DNA from: Octopus vulgaris | Lineage: Eukaryota | Length of the DNA stretch: 64,000 bases | Direction: 5' to 3' | NCBI GenBank assembly: GCA_951406725.2 | Contig: OX597814.1 | Coordinates: 176,018,001-176,082,000 of the forward strand | Program-made: the position numbers and the translations under genes | In this document: positions 1-14,903 of the stretch, one piece after another | Layout of the letters: every line of letters begins with the position of its first letter | Position numbering within the stretch: the stretch's first letter is position 1 | Notes under the pieces: generated by a model | What the model was told of the DNA's origin: nothing | Databases searched by the model: none | What the model saw: only the letters and a program-made list of their open reading frames with translations

Positions 1-179
1 GTGATAGAAAAGCAAATACGAAGTAAAAACAAAGGGAGAAGGGGTGAGGTGACAGAAAGAAGGGGTAGGAGAGAGATAGATAGATAGATAGGTAGATAGA
101 TATATAGAGAGAAAGAGAGAGAGAGAAAATTAGAAGGAGCGCGCGACAGAGTGAGAGAAACTAAATTAGGTTCAAAGAT

Positions 180-180
<1 letters not shown>

Positions 181-251
<71 letters not shown>

Positions 252-410
252 CATATACACATATATATGTATGTATATGTGCATATTTATATATATATAT
301 GCGTATATATATATATGCACATATGGAAATGCATACGCATATACATACATATATATATATATGATTATATATATATGTGCATGCATATATGTATATGCAT
401 ATGTATATAC

Positions 411-456
<46 letters not shown>

Positions 457-504
457 TCATATATATATACACACATAAATATACATACATAAATATACAT
501 GCAT

Positions 505-536
<32 letters not shown>

Positions 537-593
537 GTATATGTATATGCATGCAAACATATACATACATATGTGTATGCATATTTAGATAGA

Positions 594-625
<32 letters not shown>

Positions 626-630
626 TAGAT
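181..630. repeat. Compound (TG)n/(TA)n/(GATA)n microsatellite, representative of dozens of such tracts across the window
   Basis: Directly visible; these tracts produce the IYIY, CVCV, HTHT and LSIY ORFs. Confidence 0.95.
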
Positions 631-2177
631 ATTAAACTAGAAAGGTATAAGATATTCGGAGACAGAGATAGCGATTAAAAGAAACCGAAAGAGATAATAG
701 TTAGAATATGTCACATTCCTACTCGACCAGCTGGTTTGTCATAGCGTTATGCTGGAGCAGATGGTAAAGTGTTTTTACTATAAATCTTCGCTAAAAGTGT
801 TCACGAGTTCAATTTCTGACTTCTGTATGGCATTTTATTTCTTTTTCTCATTTTTTTTTTCTGTCATAAAATATATATAATAACTGAACTCTACAAGATT
901 GTGATCCAAAGTTATCCAGACATGACTGACCCTGCTGAGAATTTGTTTTGTTTTTTTAGTTTCTAAATGGTAGATCGACAGAATGTTTAGCTGGTCGGTC
1001 ATGCATCTGCCCCTAAGTTTTGTATTCAATTCTCGCTCAAATCCACTTTGCCTCTTATTCTTGAGGGGTCAATTATATAAAGTAACAGCTAATTAAACAG
1101 TATGGGTTTATATTCTTACTGTGCATTGTAGATATGAATTAGATTATAATAGTAGATAGGACCAGCACTACCTTCAAGTGTGTCATTCTTTTCTTTTAAA
1201 AACACGAATGGAATTTAACTATTGTTTCTAACATCTTCAGTGACCAACTAGAAGCCCCCCTTATTGGTTCGCACTAACTAGCAGTAATACACTGAAGTCA
1301 GTTTTAATGGTATACACCGTACACGCTCTCACACGCGCACGCACGCACACACACACAAACACACAAACACGTACCCGTATAAATACACGCAAAAATATTC
1401 GGATTCCAAAGAAATTGTCAATAAAGTCCAATGTTCAATATTTAACAAGCGTGTCAAACGCTGCAGAGCAACAAGTGTTCTACTAATGGATCAAGTCTGC
1501 AATGAGGCTTTCAGTCCTCAGTTGAAGCCATTTCATTTTCCTTAAATCCACAAAGGGTTTTTGTGAGTCGAAAGAAAGCATTCATGTAACTATCTTTTAT
1601 GCCAAGTTCCATAAAATAAACACTGCATTCGTGGCATAGCATCGGTTTTTGTTAGCCTATGTGGTAACCAAATTGATTGTACCTTTTCCTAAATAAAACT
1701 TACCTACATCTACGGTATTCACATGTATATAAAGTGGTCAACCTGAGCGGTCCTCTTACCTTGTAAAACCCCACGCTACCCCACTACATTAGATCCCAGT
1801 GAGCCGTGACCAGTTGAAGCCATATCAGACTACGTCTTGCTAGGTATCTATTCATGGTTTTAGGACAAGCACGAGCCTCACAACTTCCTATAATTTTTAT
1901 ATTTTCGAAAAGCCAGTAGAGCATCGATGTGCCTGCTTGTTTTTCTAGGTATTGCAGCCAAATCACTGCAAATTACATTTTCCATCAACAAAAACAATTA
2001 GAAAAAAAAAAACAACATAGAATAAGTACTAAGTGAACCATATTGTTCTATATATATATATATATATATATATAAGGCATGGATGGATGGATGGTCATAA
2101 CATGAACGCGTATGATCATAGGTCTGCTTAATCCGTGCTGACCTGAACTACACATCATCTATTCTCCTTTAATATAG

Positions 2178-2261
<84 letters not shown>

Positions 2262-3560
2262 TGATGATGATGATTATGATGATGATGATAATCCTTTCTA
2301 CTAAAGGTAAAAGGGGCATGAAATTTGGTGAGGAGGGTACTAGGGGACTAGGGGACTAGTCGATAGCATCGACCCCAGTGTTTCACTGATACTTATTTTA
2401 TCGATCTCGACAGGATTAAAGGCAAAGTCGACCTCACCGAAATTTGAATTCAGAACGTAAAAGTGAACGAACTACCGCTAAGCACTTTGTCCAGCGCGCT
2501 GAAGCATAGATGAGCGGGTGGAGGGCATCACAAGGACATATAACAACTTGTGTGGAGATTTACATAAAAGATGGGGACAAAAAATGGGGGAAACGGTGAA
2601 ATGCAATAAAAGTATACATATACAAAGTATATGATAACATGAATGATGCTGTCCTCCTTATATAGGGGCAACTTCAACTAGGGCCAATCCAGGAACCTCA
2701 CAGATCTAGGATTACCCTGGCCACCAAAGGCACTAAATAAAAATTCTTTCTACTACAGGCACAGGGCCTGAAATATTGGGAAACGGTGGTTGTGGTGGTG
2801 ATGGCGATGAAAATAATATGCAGCTGATTGTCTTGGCGAACGCCATGGAGATAGACAATAATTCCCAGGTGTTCCTTCCGCATGAAGAATATATAGTTAA
2901 GTGGCACACTACATGAACAATATATACGTAATGAAACTCTACATGGCTTGTTCATGACTTAAAATATGATAGTATGTACCTAACCACGACCTTATATTTT
3001 TCTTCCAGCATCTCCGAGGTCGGGGGAAGAATGGGAGCTAGATATCCACAAATCAAAGACGTGGCCCAAATGTTTGCAAAAGTAGGACCACACTAATGAT
3101 AACCCTATTTCTCCCAATATGATTTTCATTATATTATATATTATATTATATTATATCTATACAGTTCTATAGATTATTTTATAGAACCATCATTAATATT
3201 TACCACTTCTATAGAAATGCGTAAACGGCACATCTACATTATTATCGCCCATTAAAGTAAGAAAAGTTTGTAACTAGTGAAAAATAAACGTAATTGTCAT
3301 ACATACGTATGTATGTATGTAAGTATGCATGCATCTATGTATATGTGTAAATATGTATGTATACGTGTATGAATGCGTGCTTCCTTGTGTATATGTCTAT
3401 GAATGTAGATGTTGAATTGAAAAATGCCTGGCATCCTTGAACAAGTGTCTTCTACTATAACCTCCGGCCGACCAAAGCCTTGGGAGTGGATTTGGTAGAC
3501 GGAAACTAAAAGAAGCTTTCGTATATATGTATGTGTGTGTGTGTGTGTCTGTCTGTGTGC

Positions 3561-3597
<37 letters not shown>

Positions 3598-4485
3598 TAT
3601 GTCTTTTACCTGTGTTTGTTCCCCCGCCATCGCTTGACAACTGATGTTGGTATGTTTACATCCCCGTAACATAGCGGTTCGGCAAACGAGATCGATAGAA
3701 CAATTACAAGGCTTACAAATAATAAGTAATTTGGTGGGGAGGGGAATAGTCGATTACATCGGCCCCAGTGTCTCACTGATACCTGTTTTATCGATCCCGA
3801 AAGGATGACAGGCAAAGTCGATTTGTTCGACTAAAACCTTTTATAGCGCTGCTCCAGCATGGCCACAGTCAAATAACTGAAACCAGTACAAGAATAATAG
3901 AGTATCTGTGCCTGTCTGTTCACTTATCTGTCTGTTTATATGTCTCCCTGTCTGCTTGCTTGTTTGTCTGTCTATCTATCCATCTCTCTATCTTTCGATG
4001 GATAGAAAGACAGACAGATAGACAAATAGATAGGTTGATAGATAGATAGATATACATATGCAGAAATATATACATATTTATATATATATGTATATTTGTA
4101 TATGCCTTCGTGTATATGCATATATGTTCGTATATATATACTTCAGTGAGTTTATGCCTTTATGTATACGTCTACGTATCTGTACATTTCCTACCAGATG
4201 TCCATTTTATTAATGAAACCTAAGGATCTATAAGTATTCTTTTCTGACCTGTGTACGTATGTATGCATGTATGTATATATGAATGTGTGTGTAAGTGTGC
4301 GTGTACGTGTGTTTATGTAAGTATACATGCGTGTGTGTGTGTGTGTCTGTCTGTCTGTGTCTGTGCCTGTATGTGTGTCTGTGTGTTTTGTTTCTTATTG
4401 GTCTGTTCCTAAGAAAGGGCAGTATGCTCTTTGTTTTCCAAGATCTCCGACACCGGTAAAATTAATGCCGGTAACGCTCCTCGTG

Positions 4486-4517
<32 letters not shown>

Positions 4518-4910
4518 TACATGTGTATATATATATATATATACATGTATATGTATATATATATATGTATGTATGTATCAAAATATATTTACATTTTCTT
4601 TAAGTGATACATTTCTGCTGATTTCTCTGCATATGTACTTGCGTGTGTGGGCACACATATATACATATATACATGTGTATACATATATATATATACATGT
4701 ATATGTATATATGTGTGTGTGTACATGTGTGTGTAGATTTATTTATGCGTAGAGTTATCTGTACGTTTTTGCGTACATTTGCATATATCACATCGTGTCT
4801 TGTGCATTTTTCTTTCACTCTGGATATGCAACGAGCCGTGCATACGTGTTTGCATAAATGTGAGTGTGAGCTTAACTGTAGTTACCGTTATGTTTTTTAA
4901 TGTCTAGAAA

Positions 4911-4954
<44 letters not shown>

Positions 4955-5119
4955 CTTAGTTACTGCAAGGCGCTTACCATCGACATGGTTCCAGGTTCAG
5001 ACCTACTAAGTGGTACCTTGGTTGGGTAGGTGTCTTCTACTGTAACCTCGGCCCGACCAAAACCTTCTGAGTGGATTTGGTAGACGGAGACTGAAAGAAG
5101 CTTGTCCTATATATCTCTG

Positions 5120-5245
<126 letters not shown>

Positions 5246-5322
5246 TGGAGAGAGAGAGGGGATGAGGAGAGATAGACAGACATAGATAGATACATACATA
5301 CATACATACATACATACACGTG

Positions 5323-5378
<56 letters not shown>

Positions 5379-5977
5379 TGTGTGTTTGTGTATGTGTGTA
5401 TGCCACCACTTGACGACTGATGTTAGTGTGTTTATATTCCCGTAACTTAGCATTTCAGAAAAAGAGGCCGATAGAATAAGTACACAGCTTTAAAATATAA
5501 GTAGTGAAGCCGATTCGTTTAGCTAAAAGTCTTCGATATAGTGCCCCAGCATGACCGCAGTCTAATGACTGCAACAAGTAAAGGATAAAAGACAAACACA
5601 CCATAGGCACAAGGCCAGGAATTTGGGGTGGGGGAGGGGTCTAGTCAATTACATCGACTCCAGTGCTCAGCTGATACATATTTTATCGATCTTGATTTGA
5701 TGAAAAGCAAAGTCGACCTCGGTGGAATTTTAACTCAGAACGTAGTGAGCATGAACAATTACTGCTTAACATTTTGTCTGTCACGGTAACACTTCTTTTC
5801 TGCTCTAGGCACAAGGCCCGAAATTTTTGGGGACGGGGCCAGTCGATTAGATCGACCTCAGTACGCAACTGGTACTTATTTTATCGACTCTGAAATGATG
5901 AAAGGCAAAGTCGACAGACGAAATACAGCTAAGCATTTCGCCTGGCGTGCTAACGTTTCTGCCAGCTCGCCGCCTTT

Positions 5978-6250
5978 GCTCATGGGAACTGCTCATATCC
6001 TACGCAAAATACTCTCTATGTAATCCCAAGGTTTAAAACAAACTTTTTTTTATTTAATTATTAAAAAATTAAAAAAAAATTTTTTTTTTAATTTTATTTT
6101 TATGTATTAGACATTCATTAGTACAACACCAAAAAAAAACAAACAAAAAACTCCCAAATATATGGCACAGAACTTCCAACCTGTTGTCTCTTGAGGTCTC
6201 TGGGTGAGACTTGGAGCCAACTTGTACAGACATAAATCAAAAGTCAAACA
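5978..6250 (+). mobile_element. R4/Dong-clade 3' fragment followed by (TAA)n
   Basis: GTAHILRKILSM* plus the same 3'UTR as 63105; a shorter copy of the UTR lies at 57718-57790, also within TAA repeats. Confidence 0.72.
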
Positions 6251-7763
6251 TAGAATAATAATAATAATAATGAGGAGGAGGAGGAGGATAATAATAACAA
6301 TGATAATAATAATAATAACAATAACAGTGGTGGCGGTAGTGGCAGTGGGAGTGGTAGTAGCATTAGTAGTAGTGTCATTACTTCTTAAGTACCTTTAGTG
6401 TTATCGAATGATATTGAATCTAATGCATTGCTATCACCAAAGTTTCTAGAATTTTACAAATCCACCCCATCGTGATCATCGTCGTTGTCGTCGTCGTTAT
6501 CGTCATGGTCGTTGTTGTATTCATCATTATCATCATTGTCATTATTAGGATCATCATCATCATCATCATCATCACTATTACAAACATAAGAGGTATGTTC
6601 ACCGAAGACTAGGTCTATGGATTTGCTTGCACCATATTTCTGACAATAGTTACGGCACACTCCTTGAAGTCATTATTATGACCTCGTAAAGAATATATTG
6701 TTTCTTTCGAAACAGGAAGAACATATTGTGAATGAGAATTGTCAATTATCTCATCTCTGCAAAGTGATGCTTGCATACTTGTTTACGTATGAATACAGGT
6801 GCCTATGTATGTACATGTGTGTGTGTATGTGCGCAAATGTATGTAAACAGAGATCTGTGAAGGCGTGTACATTTGTGCTCGTGTGCATTTGGGTACATCA
6901 TTCTTATATACAAGCAGATATACCGCACACGCGCGCACATAAAAGCCCGTCGTATATTTATGTATCTCTGTGTGACTTTGTGTCTGTGTTTCTCCTCCCC
7001 ACCACCGCATGTTACCGTTTGACAACTGTTATTGGTGTGTTTACATCTCTATAACTTAGCAGTTCGCCAAACGTATCTAATAGAATAAGTACTAGGCTTG
7101 AGACATAAATCCTGAGGTCGATTTGTTTGACTAAAACTCTTCAGGGCTGAACTCCAGCATGGCCGCAATCGAATGACTGAAACAAGTAAAAGAATAAAAG
7201 AATATATATGTATATATATAATATGTTTGTATGTATTTTTATATATATTTATTTATTTACATACACATCAATTTACATATGTGTATTGATAATAAGTACA
7301 TATATAGACGTAGTTGTGTGGCAAGAAGCTTGTTTACTATCCACATGGTTCTGGGTTCAGTCTCACTGTAAGGCACCTTCGGAAGGTGGTTTCTACTATA
7401 GCCTCAGGCCGATTAAGGCCTTGTGAATGGATTTGATAGACAGAAACTGAAAGTAGGCCGTCATGTGTGTGTGTGTGTGTGTGTGTGTGCATGCATGCGC
7501 GTGCATGGGTATGTGTGCGTGCGTCTTTATGTTTGTGCTTGTTCCCCACCACATCTTGACAACCGGTATCGGTGTGTTTACGTCCCTGTAACCTAGCAGT
7601 TCGGCGAAAGTCCGTATAGAATAAGAACCAGGTTTTTAAAAAAGTAATGGCGTCGATACATTCGACTAAAAATTCTTCAAAGCGGTACCCCAGTATGACC
7701 ACAGACTAATAACTGAAACAAGTAAAAGATAAAGGACAGAATATATATACATACATATATGCG

Positions 7764-7822
<59 letters not shown>

Positions 7823-7940
7823 TACTTTGTTAGCTCCCCTTCTTCTTAGCTCTCCTGTGTGACCCTTCTGTTCGGCATTCGCCATGATAGATCGCTAGCC
7901 ACTGCACACATTTTTTCTCTCCTTGTTTCTTTCTGCGTTC

Positions 7941-7976
7941 CTTTCTGTGGAAGAGCATTGGCTCGAAACGTTAAAG
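7941..7976 (+). ncRNA. Minimal hammerhead-like motif with one core substitution (A6U)
   Basis: CUUU-CUGUGGA-A-GAGC-auug-GCUC-GAAA-CG-UU-AAAG: perfect 4-bp stems I and II, stem III reduced to the ACGU palindrome; in a ~250-bp insert between two (TA)n tracts. Confidence 0.55.
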
Positions 7977-8101
7977 ACATTTGCAATTCCCAAGCGTTAT
8001 ACTAATACATCTGTTTGTTTTCTACACCACCTGTCTTCGTCTTTTGTTGTTTTTTTTGTGAATTCTCCCTATATACGTATATATATATATATATATATAT
8101 A

Positions 8102-8154
<53 letters not shown>

Positions 8155-8359
8155 TAGATAGATAGATAGATAATAGCGGATTACCCATTCAAACTAACGA
8201 TCTTTAGTTGCGCCTTCTTTCCTTACTACTTAATCTTTTTGCAGAAGACGGCATAATGCACCCTTTTTCCTTCGGAATTAAGAGTATGCAGTCTTCGAAA
8301 CATGTGTTGAGAGTAAAGGAATTTTGTTAAAATCTTCGTTCGACTCCATTCTTTCATTA

Positions 8360-8417
<58 letters not shown>

Positions 8418-8441
8418 GGAGAGAGAGAGAGAGAGAGAGAT

Positions 8442-8513
<72 letters not shown>

Positions 8514-8921
8514 CGGATTACCCATTCAAACTAACGATCTTTATTTGCGCCTTCTTTCCTTACTACTTAATCTTTTTGCACGAAGCCATATTTTTTTCCT
8601 TTTGTTCATTTCATTGTGTCTGCTTCCAATTATTATTAGTTTTACCTCAAGTCTTTCTTCTTTTATACTTATTGTGTTTGTTGTTGCCCTTTTGCACTAC
8701 TTCTTTTTCCCTCCAGCTTACACTGACCATTGGCATCTTGTGATAATGTCCATCTTCTTTCTGAAGCTTGAAAATGGCGAGTAGCTTCTCCGTGACTGAG
8801 AATTTCTTTCTTTGTTTGATTAGCGATTATCTGTTGCGTATTTAAAAAGTCGTCTCCACTTCCTTCCGTTCATGATCTCCGATCTTTTATTCTTACTGAC
8901 TCATTCCTTTCATTACTTTTA

Positions 8922-8999
<78 letters not shown>

Positions 9000-9161
9000 T
9001 CTTATGTATGTATTTTCATATATATATATATATTATGCATATATGAACGCACCCACACACGCATATATATATATACATATAGTCTTATATGCATACACAA
9101 ACGCACACGCATATATATACTCTTATATGCATACACACACGCTCACACGTGTATATAAATA

Positions 9162-9204
<43 letters not shown>

Positions 9205-9705
9205 AACATTATCATTCATAAGAAATAATATTAGTGGCTGCAAGCATAAAAACCGTATAGGCAAATATATGTATGTATGTGTGTATGTATGTATGTATAT
9301 AGTCATGCTTAAATGCCACCAGCTCATTTCGATATTCCTCCACAATCTTTTCTCCTACCCACTTCTTTGATATCATTCACGATTTTCTTTTCTGTATATT
9401 TCCAACTCTATCATACCCACACTTTCTGTACGTCTGTTATTTATTTAACCACGTACTTTTCTAATTCCCCTCAGCTACTTATAAGCTAAATTCTTATCCA
9501 CTGCTCTCTAACTTGCCCTATCTCTTTCCTTACACTCTTCACCAAACACTCGCCTACATTTCCCTATATGCTCGCTTGACTGCCTGTCTTGTCTCCTGGC
9601 TGACTACAGGCTATTTCTTTCTCTCTCTCTCCTTCTCTCTCCTTCTCTCTCCCTCCCTTCTCTCTTCGTCTGTCTGTCACTCTCCCTCTCTCTTTCTCAT
9701 TGCAT

Positions 9706-9736
<31 letters not shown>

Positions 9737-9753
9737 TACATATATATACATAC

Positions 9754-9809
<56 letters not shown>

Positions 9810-10309
9810 AGACAAATTCACTTTTCTTTATAACACTTTATTTACCTATCTCTTTCAATAGAATCACTGCTTTCCTTTCCTTCGTTACTTTTTTCAAGTT
9901 ACCTCTCTTATTTATCACCTATATTGTCGACCTCTATTTTTCTGTTTCCATCAACACCCATTACGATATCTTTTCCTCTCTATAATTCACTGTCTGCTCG
10001 TTAGGCTACCTATCTCGTTAACATTCTTATTGCTTACTGCTCTCTGTAAATTACCTTCTTCTCTTTGACCCTGTCACGTTCACACCTGTCAATTTATTTT
10101 ATTTCTCTTTATTTATGATAATATTTGCTTTCTCTCTTTCCTCCATCTCTCTCAGCGTAGCCACTGTTTTCTCTTTCCACATTCCTATGACGTGATAGAA
10201 AGGACAAACCATATATAAATATGTGTGTGCATGTGTGTGTTTGTTCTTTAACGTGCATTTGCATGTATAATATATATATTTCAAAATTCATGGCTTTAAG
10301 GCTATCGTG

Positions 10310-10470
10310 AAAGGCCTGGCTGGAGGCTCAACATTCTTCTACAGGGCTTAGAAAAACTGAAGTGCCGCTGCAATAAGTGTGTGAATCTCAGAGGGGATTA
10401 CTTTCAATAAAAATCATAATTAACTGATCCCCCTGGATTTTCTTTCACCCAAAGCCAGGGATAATCATGA
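10310..10470 (+). mobile_element. Mariner transposase C-terminal remnant
   Basis: GLEKLKCRCNKCVNLRGDYFQ* (10345-10410) fits the mariner end motif GIxKLxxRWxKCxxxxGDY. Confidence 0.65.
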
Positions 10471-10581
10471 CTGGGAAGGCTTTGATCATAAATTTGCTTG
10501 GTAAAGACTGACATAGGGCTAAACACTGAGGATTCTGAGTTTCTCTTTACCTTTCATAATTCTAGATATGGTTATATTATA

Positions 10582-10996
10582 CTAGTAGTATAGCCCGGCG
10601 TTTCTCATGTTTGTTTGTTTTTTTCGACCCTTTAGAATTGGAATTTTTGAAAAGTAAAACTTTTGCATTATGTAGCTTGTTATTCTCTTTAAGTGAACAT
10701 TTTTCTGGTTGAAATACACCGAAAAATGGCGATACAGCAGGCAACAAATCGTAAAAATATAGGGATTTTCGTAGAAAAAAGCACCCTTTTGATGTAAATA
10801 ATTTTTGGTCATAACATGGTCCGATTTGAATTTTATCTTCTACGGAATGAAGAGCAAGCCTTCTCCTATCATACTTTCAATTTTGGTCAACTTGCGCCGC
10901 AGGGTCTCGGAGGAGATAGTGTTTGTTGAAGGCTACCAAACCTGCACCCCCCCCCCCCAGACACACAGACAACTTCAGTTTTATATATAAAGAAGA
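10582..10996 (-). mobile_element. Non-autonomous Helitron-like element
   Basis: On minus strand starts TC and ends CTAG with a subterminal GC-rich motif; near-identical to 34403-34792. Confidence 0.75.
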
Positions 10997-11357
10997 TTAT
11001 ACCCACACTATCCATAGATCAGCATTAGAATGTGGGTTATAATTGTTACGTCGGTACTAATGGTGGTGGATTGCGGAGAATATTTCACTGAAAAAGTACA
11101 AAATACAGATAATGCTGTTGTTTGTTTCAGGAGACTTAGGCTCAAAAGACGTGACTATCACGTCGTGACTATGATTTCAGCAATGGATATGGATATCACG
11201 TCTTTTATTCAAACGTATAATGTCTAGGATTACCATTATCGAATGTGTCTTTTGTTAAGACAGAAAGTTGTGATTTTAAGTAGATTTGGATGTACTCTTA
11301 GCTAATTGAATGACCTACTGGAAGCATCTTCATTAGCTCTTAGTAAACATAAAGATC

Positions 11358-11425
<68 letters not shown>

Positions 11426-11576
11426 AATAGATCAAATAATGGTATTCTAGCGTTTGATTCTTATCTCTTGCGAATAAGTTGTGATATGTAATGCAAAACA
11501 GACAAAAAGTTTCAGATTCAATGTTGTCAGAGAAGCGGGATGAAAGATAACTGTGACATTTTTTTATTGAGCTATT

Positions 11577-12428
11577 CCTATTTCTTTACTGCCCACAAGA
11601 GGCTAAACCAAGAGAGGACAAACAAGGACAAACAAACGTATTAAGTCGATTATATCGACCCCAGTGCGTAACTGGTATTTATTTAATCGACCCCGAAAAG
11701 ATGAAAGCCAAAGTCGACCTCGGCGGAATTTGAACTCAGAACGTAGAGGCAGACGAAATACCTATTTCTTTATTACCAACAAGGGGCAAAACATACAAGG
11801 GACAAACAAGGATAGACAAAGGGATTAAGTCGATTACATCGACCCCAGTGCGTAACTGGTACTTATTTAATCGACTCCGAAAGAATGAAAGGCAAAATCG
11901 ACCTCGGCGGAATTTGAACTCAGAACGTAGCGGCAGACGAAATACCTATTTCTTTACTAACCACAAGGGGCTAAACACAGAGAGGACAAACAAGGACAAA
12001 CAAACGTATTAAGTCGATTATATCGACCCCAGTACGTAACTGGTATTTATTTAATCGACCCCGGAAAAGATGAAAGGTAAAGTCGACCTCGGCGGAATTT
12101 GAACTCAGAACGTAACGGCAGACGAAATACGGCTACGCATTTCGCCCGGCGTGCTAACGTTTCTGCCAGCTCGCCGCCTTTTATTGAGCTATACCTATTT
12201 CTTTATTACCAACAAGGGCAAAACATACAAGGGACAAACAAGGACAGACATAGGGATTAAGTCGATTACATCGACCCCAGTGCGTAACTGGTACTTAATT
12301 TATCGACCCCGAAAGGATGAAAGGCAAAGTCGACCTCGGCTGAATTTGAACTCAGAACGTAACGGCAGACGAAATACGGCTACGCATTTCGCCCGGCGTG
12401 CTAACGTTTCTGCCTGCTCGCCGCCTTT
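11577..12428 (-). mobile_element. Cluster of four head-to-tail SINE family A units
   Basis: Unit core GTCGACCTCGGCGGAATTTGAACTCAGAACGTA (with minor variants) at about 11713, 11898, 12082, 12329. Confidence 0.85.
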
Positions 12429-14389
12429 TATTGAGCTATACCACAAGGGCATTAACGTTGTTAAGTGTTGAAATGGAATAGCTACTAAGAGGGGTTCGAT
12501 TCTGGTTCGAAGACTCATTAATTATTCTTTTATTTTCTCACTAATTTTTAAGGAAGCTACGTAAATGACAATTTTCACATCCTTTCACATGGCATTCGGG
12601 TCGAAAGTAAAGCGGAGCGAAGATAAGAGAAAAGAGAGGGACAGTGTCTGAAGCGTAACGTAGAAAAGAGAAAGGGAAAATGCGTGGAGCGCAAATGGTG
12701 TAATTAATTAGTAATTGGGTTACACATGGCCTAATCAGCAGAAAATATGAAAGAGTTCAGTTCCTGCTTTATTGATTGTCCGCATTTTTATTGAATATGA
12801 AAACCAGTAAAATATTGCGTTATAACACTTGCTCAAGACCAAGCATTTTGTAGATGAACAATGTCATTCAAATAGGCATCAATGTTTTAACTGGTGTTTG
12901 ATGTATCTTTCTACACTGGAAGGTCGAAAGGCAGAGAATAGTCACAGTTAAAAGCAGTCAATCCTAACACAATTTTAACTCAGAACATACAAGAAGTGAA
13001 TCGTTTCGTGAAAGAGGGAGGAAGGTATAAAGTAGTCTGATTTAATCCATCTCACTACTTGACAAGTAATTATTTTATCGACCCCGATAAAATGAAAGGC
13101 AAAATCAGCTCCCGCCGGGATTTGAACGCAGAACATACAGTGATGTAATTAAATAATGCAAAGCGCTTTTCTGAGTGCTTTATCGATTTTGACACCCGCA
13201 ACTGTGGTATTTGTGTTACAAGTTAATTAAAACGACTATATCCAACAGTGCTTAACACAGTACATTGTACTCGAGAAATAACTAATTATAAATTCAACTG
13301 GATTCGATTTTTAGTTGGCAAGAAGTAAAAACGCACTCCTCAGAACCATCACTTTGTGCCTATAGTATTATTTTGTTTAACCTTAGAAGTAAGCTGGGTG
13401 AATCGTTAACACGCATGACAAAATACTTAGCGGCATTTTCTTCGGTTTTACTCTCTGAGTTCAAATTCCATCGAGATCGACTTTGCCATTCGTCCGTTTC
13501 AAGTCGTTAAGTACCAGACAGATACTGGAGTCAATGTAATCGACTAGCCCTATCCCACTAAATTTCAGGCCTTGTATCATTAGCAGAAAGAGTTGTTGCT
13601 TCGCCTCAGAAATCCTATAATAGAAAGTATTTTCGCTGTGACTATTCTCTCTTTTATTCAGGCATCGCATATTGTGGGCCACATCAGCCAATGTGTTCTT
13701 GCCTTCTGAAGATTGTATAGTTGTGATTTGAGGGAGACTTGCTTAGTATATCTATCGGCTGGAGCATTCTTTTCAAAGCTTCTGCCTAGATTTATATGAC
13801 CTCAGCCAAGAGGATTGTCTTTACTTAAGACACAATGCATTTAAAACAACTGCATTACCAAATGTGCCTTCTTTTTGTAAGGCAGTAGGGTAAGATTATG
13901 GAGAGAGTTGGCTGCAATTTGCAGAGACACTTGTGACCATACAGAGGCTTCTTCAGTAGATTAAGTACGTATTATGTACATATTGTTAAGGTGCGTGGCT
14001 TAGTGGTTAGAGTGTTCGACTCACGATCGGAAGGTCGTGAGTTCAATTCCCGGCAGGGCAATGTGTTCCTGAGCAAAACAATTTATTTCACGTTGCACTA
14101 GTCCATGCAGCTGGCAAAAATGAGCAGTGCCTGTATTTCAAAGGGCTGGGCTTGTCACACTCTGTGTCACGCTGAATCTCCCAGAGAACTATGTTAAGGA
14201 CACACGTGTCACCGTCGCATGTAGTGCTTAGTCTCATGAAATGCTCAGCTACATGCACTTTAATTTCACGAGCGGGCTGCTCCGTTGATTGGATCAGCTG
14301 GAACTCCCGTCGTCATGACCGACGGAGTGCCAGTTTTTATGTAGATATTAGAACAGGCGCCACCATAATAGCAGTAAATTATAACATAC

Positions 14390-14460
<71 letters not shown>

Positions 14461-14812
14461 CATACATACAAACAAACATACATACAAACAAACAAACATG
14501 CATACATACATACATACATACATACATACATACATACATACATACAAATAAACATACATATATACATACATACATACATACATGAACCTCTTCTGTTTAT
14601 ATACCCTTCCTGAAAAGCAAAACAAACACTTCACTTCACACGCACACACGCGTGAACGCATGCACGCATTTCGCACCACCACCCCCATAGACACACACAG
14701 ATACATCTTAATTAACTGTATTTATCTTACTACCTGACTATATAAAGTTCAAAATACTTCTGTCTTTACATTGTATTCATAAAATCTGATTGTTGATACT
14801 TCTAGAATTTTC

Positions 14813-14846
<34 letters not shown>

Positions 14847-14903
14847 CATTTCTACTAAGGCACATGGCTTGAAATTTTAGGGAGATGATACATTGATTAC
14901 ATT

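Noticed and set aside
151-596. Numerous ORFs rich in IY, CV, HT, LSIY, poly-L, poly-I or poly-N throughout the window
   Set aside because: These are translations of microsatellites.
12690-12760. TAAT-rich cluster as a candidate homeodomain enhancer (similar stretch at 35260-35480)
   Set aside because: Expected by chance in AT-rich DNA; no conservation data available.
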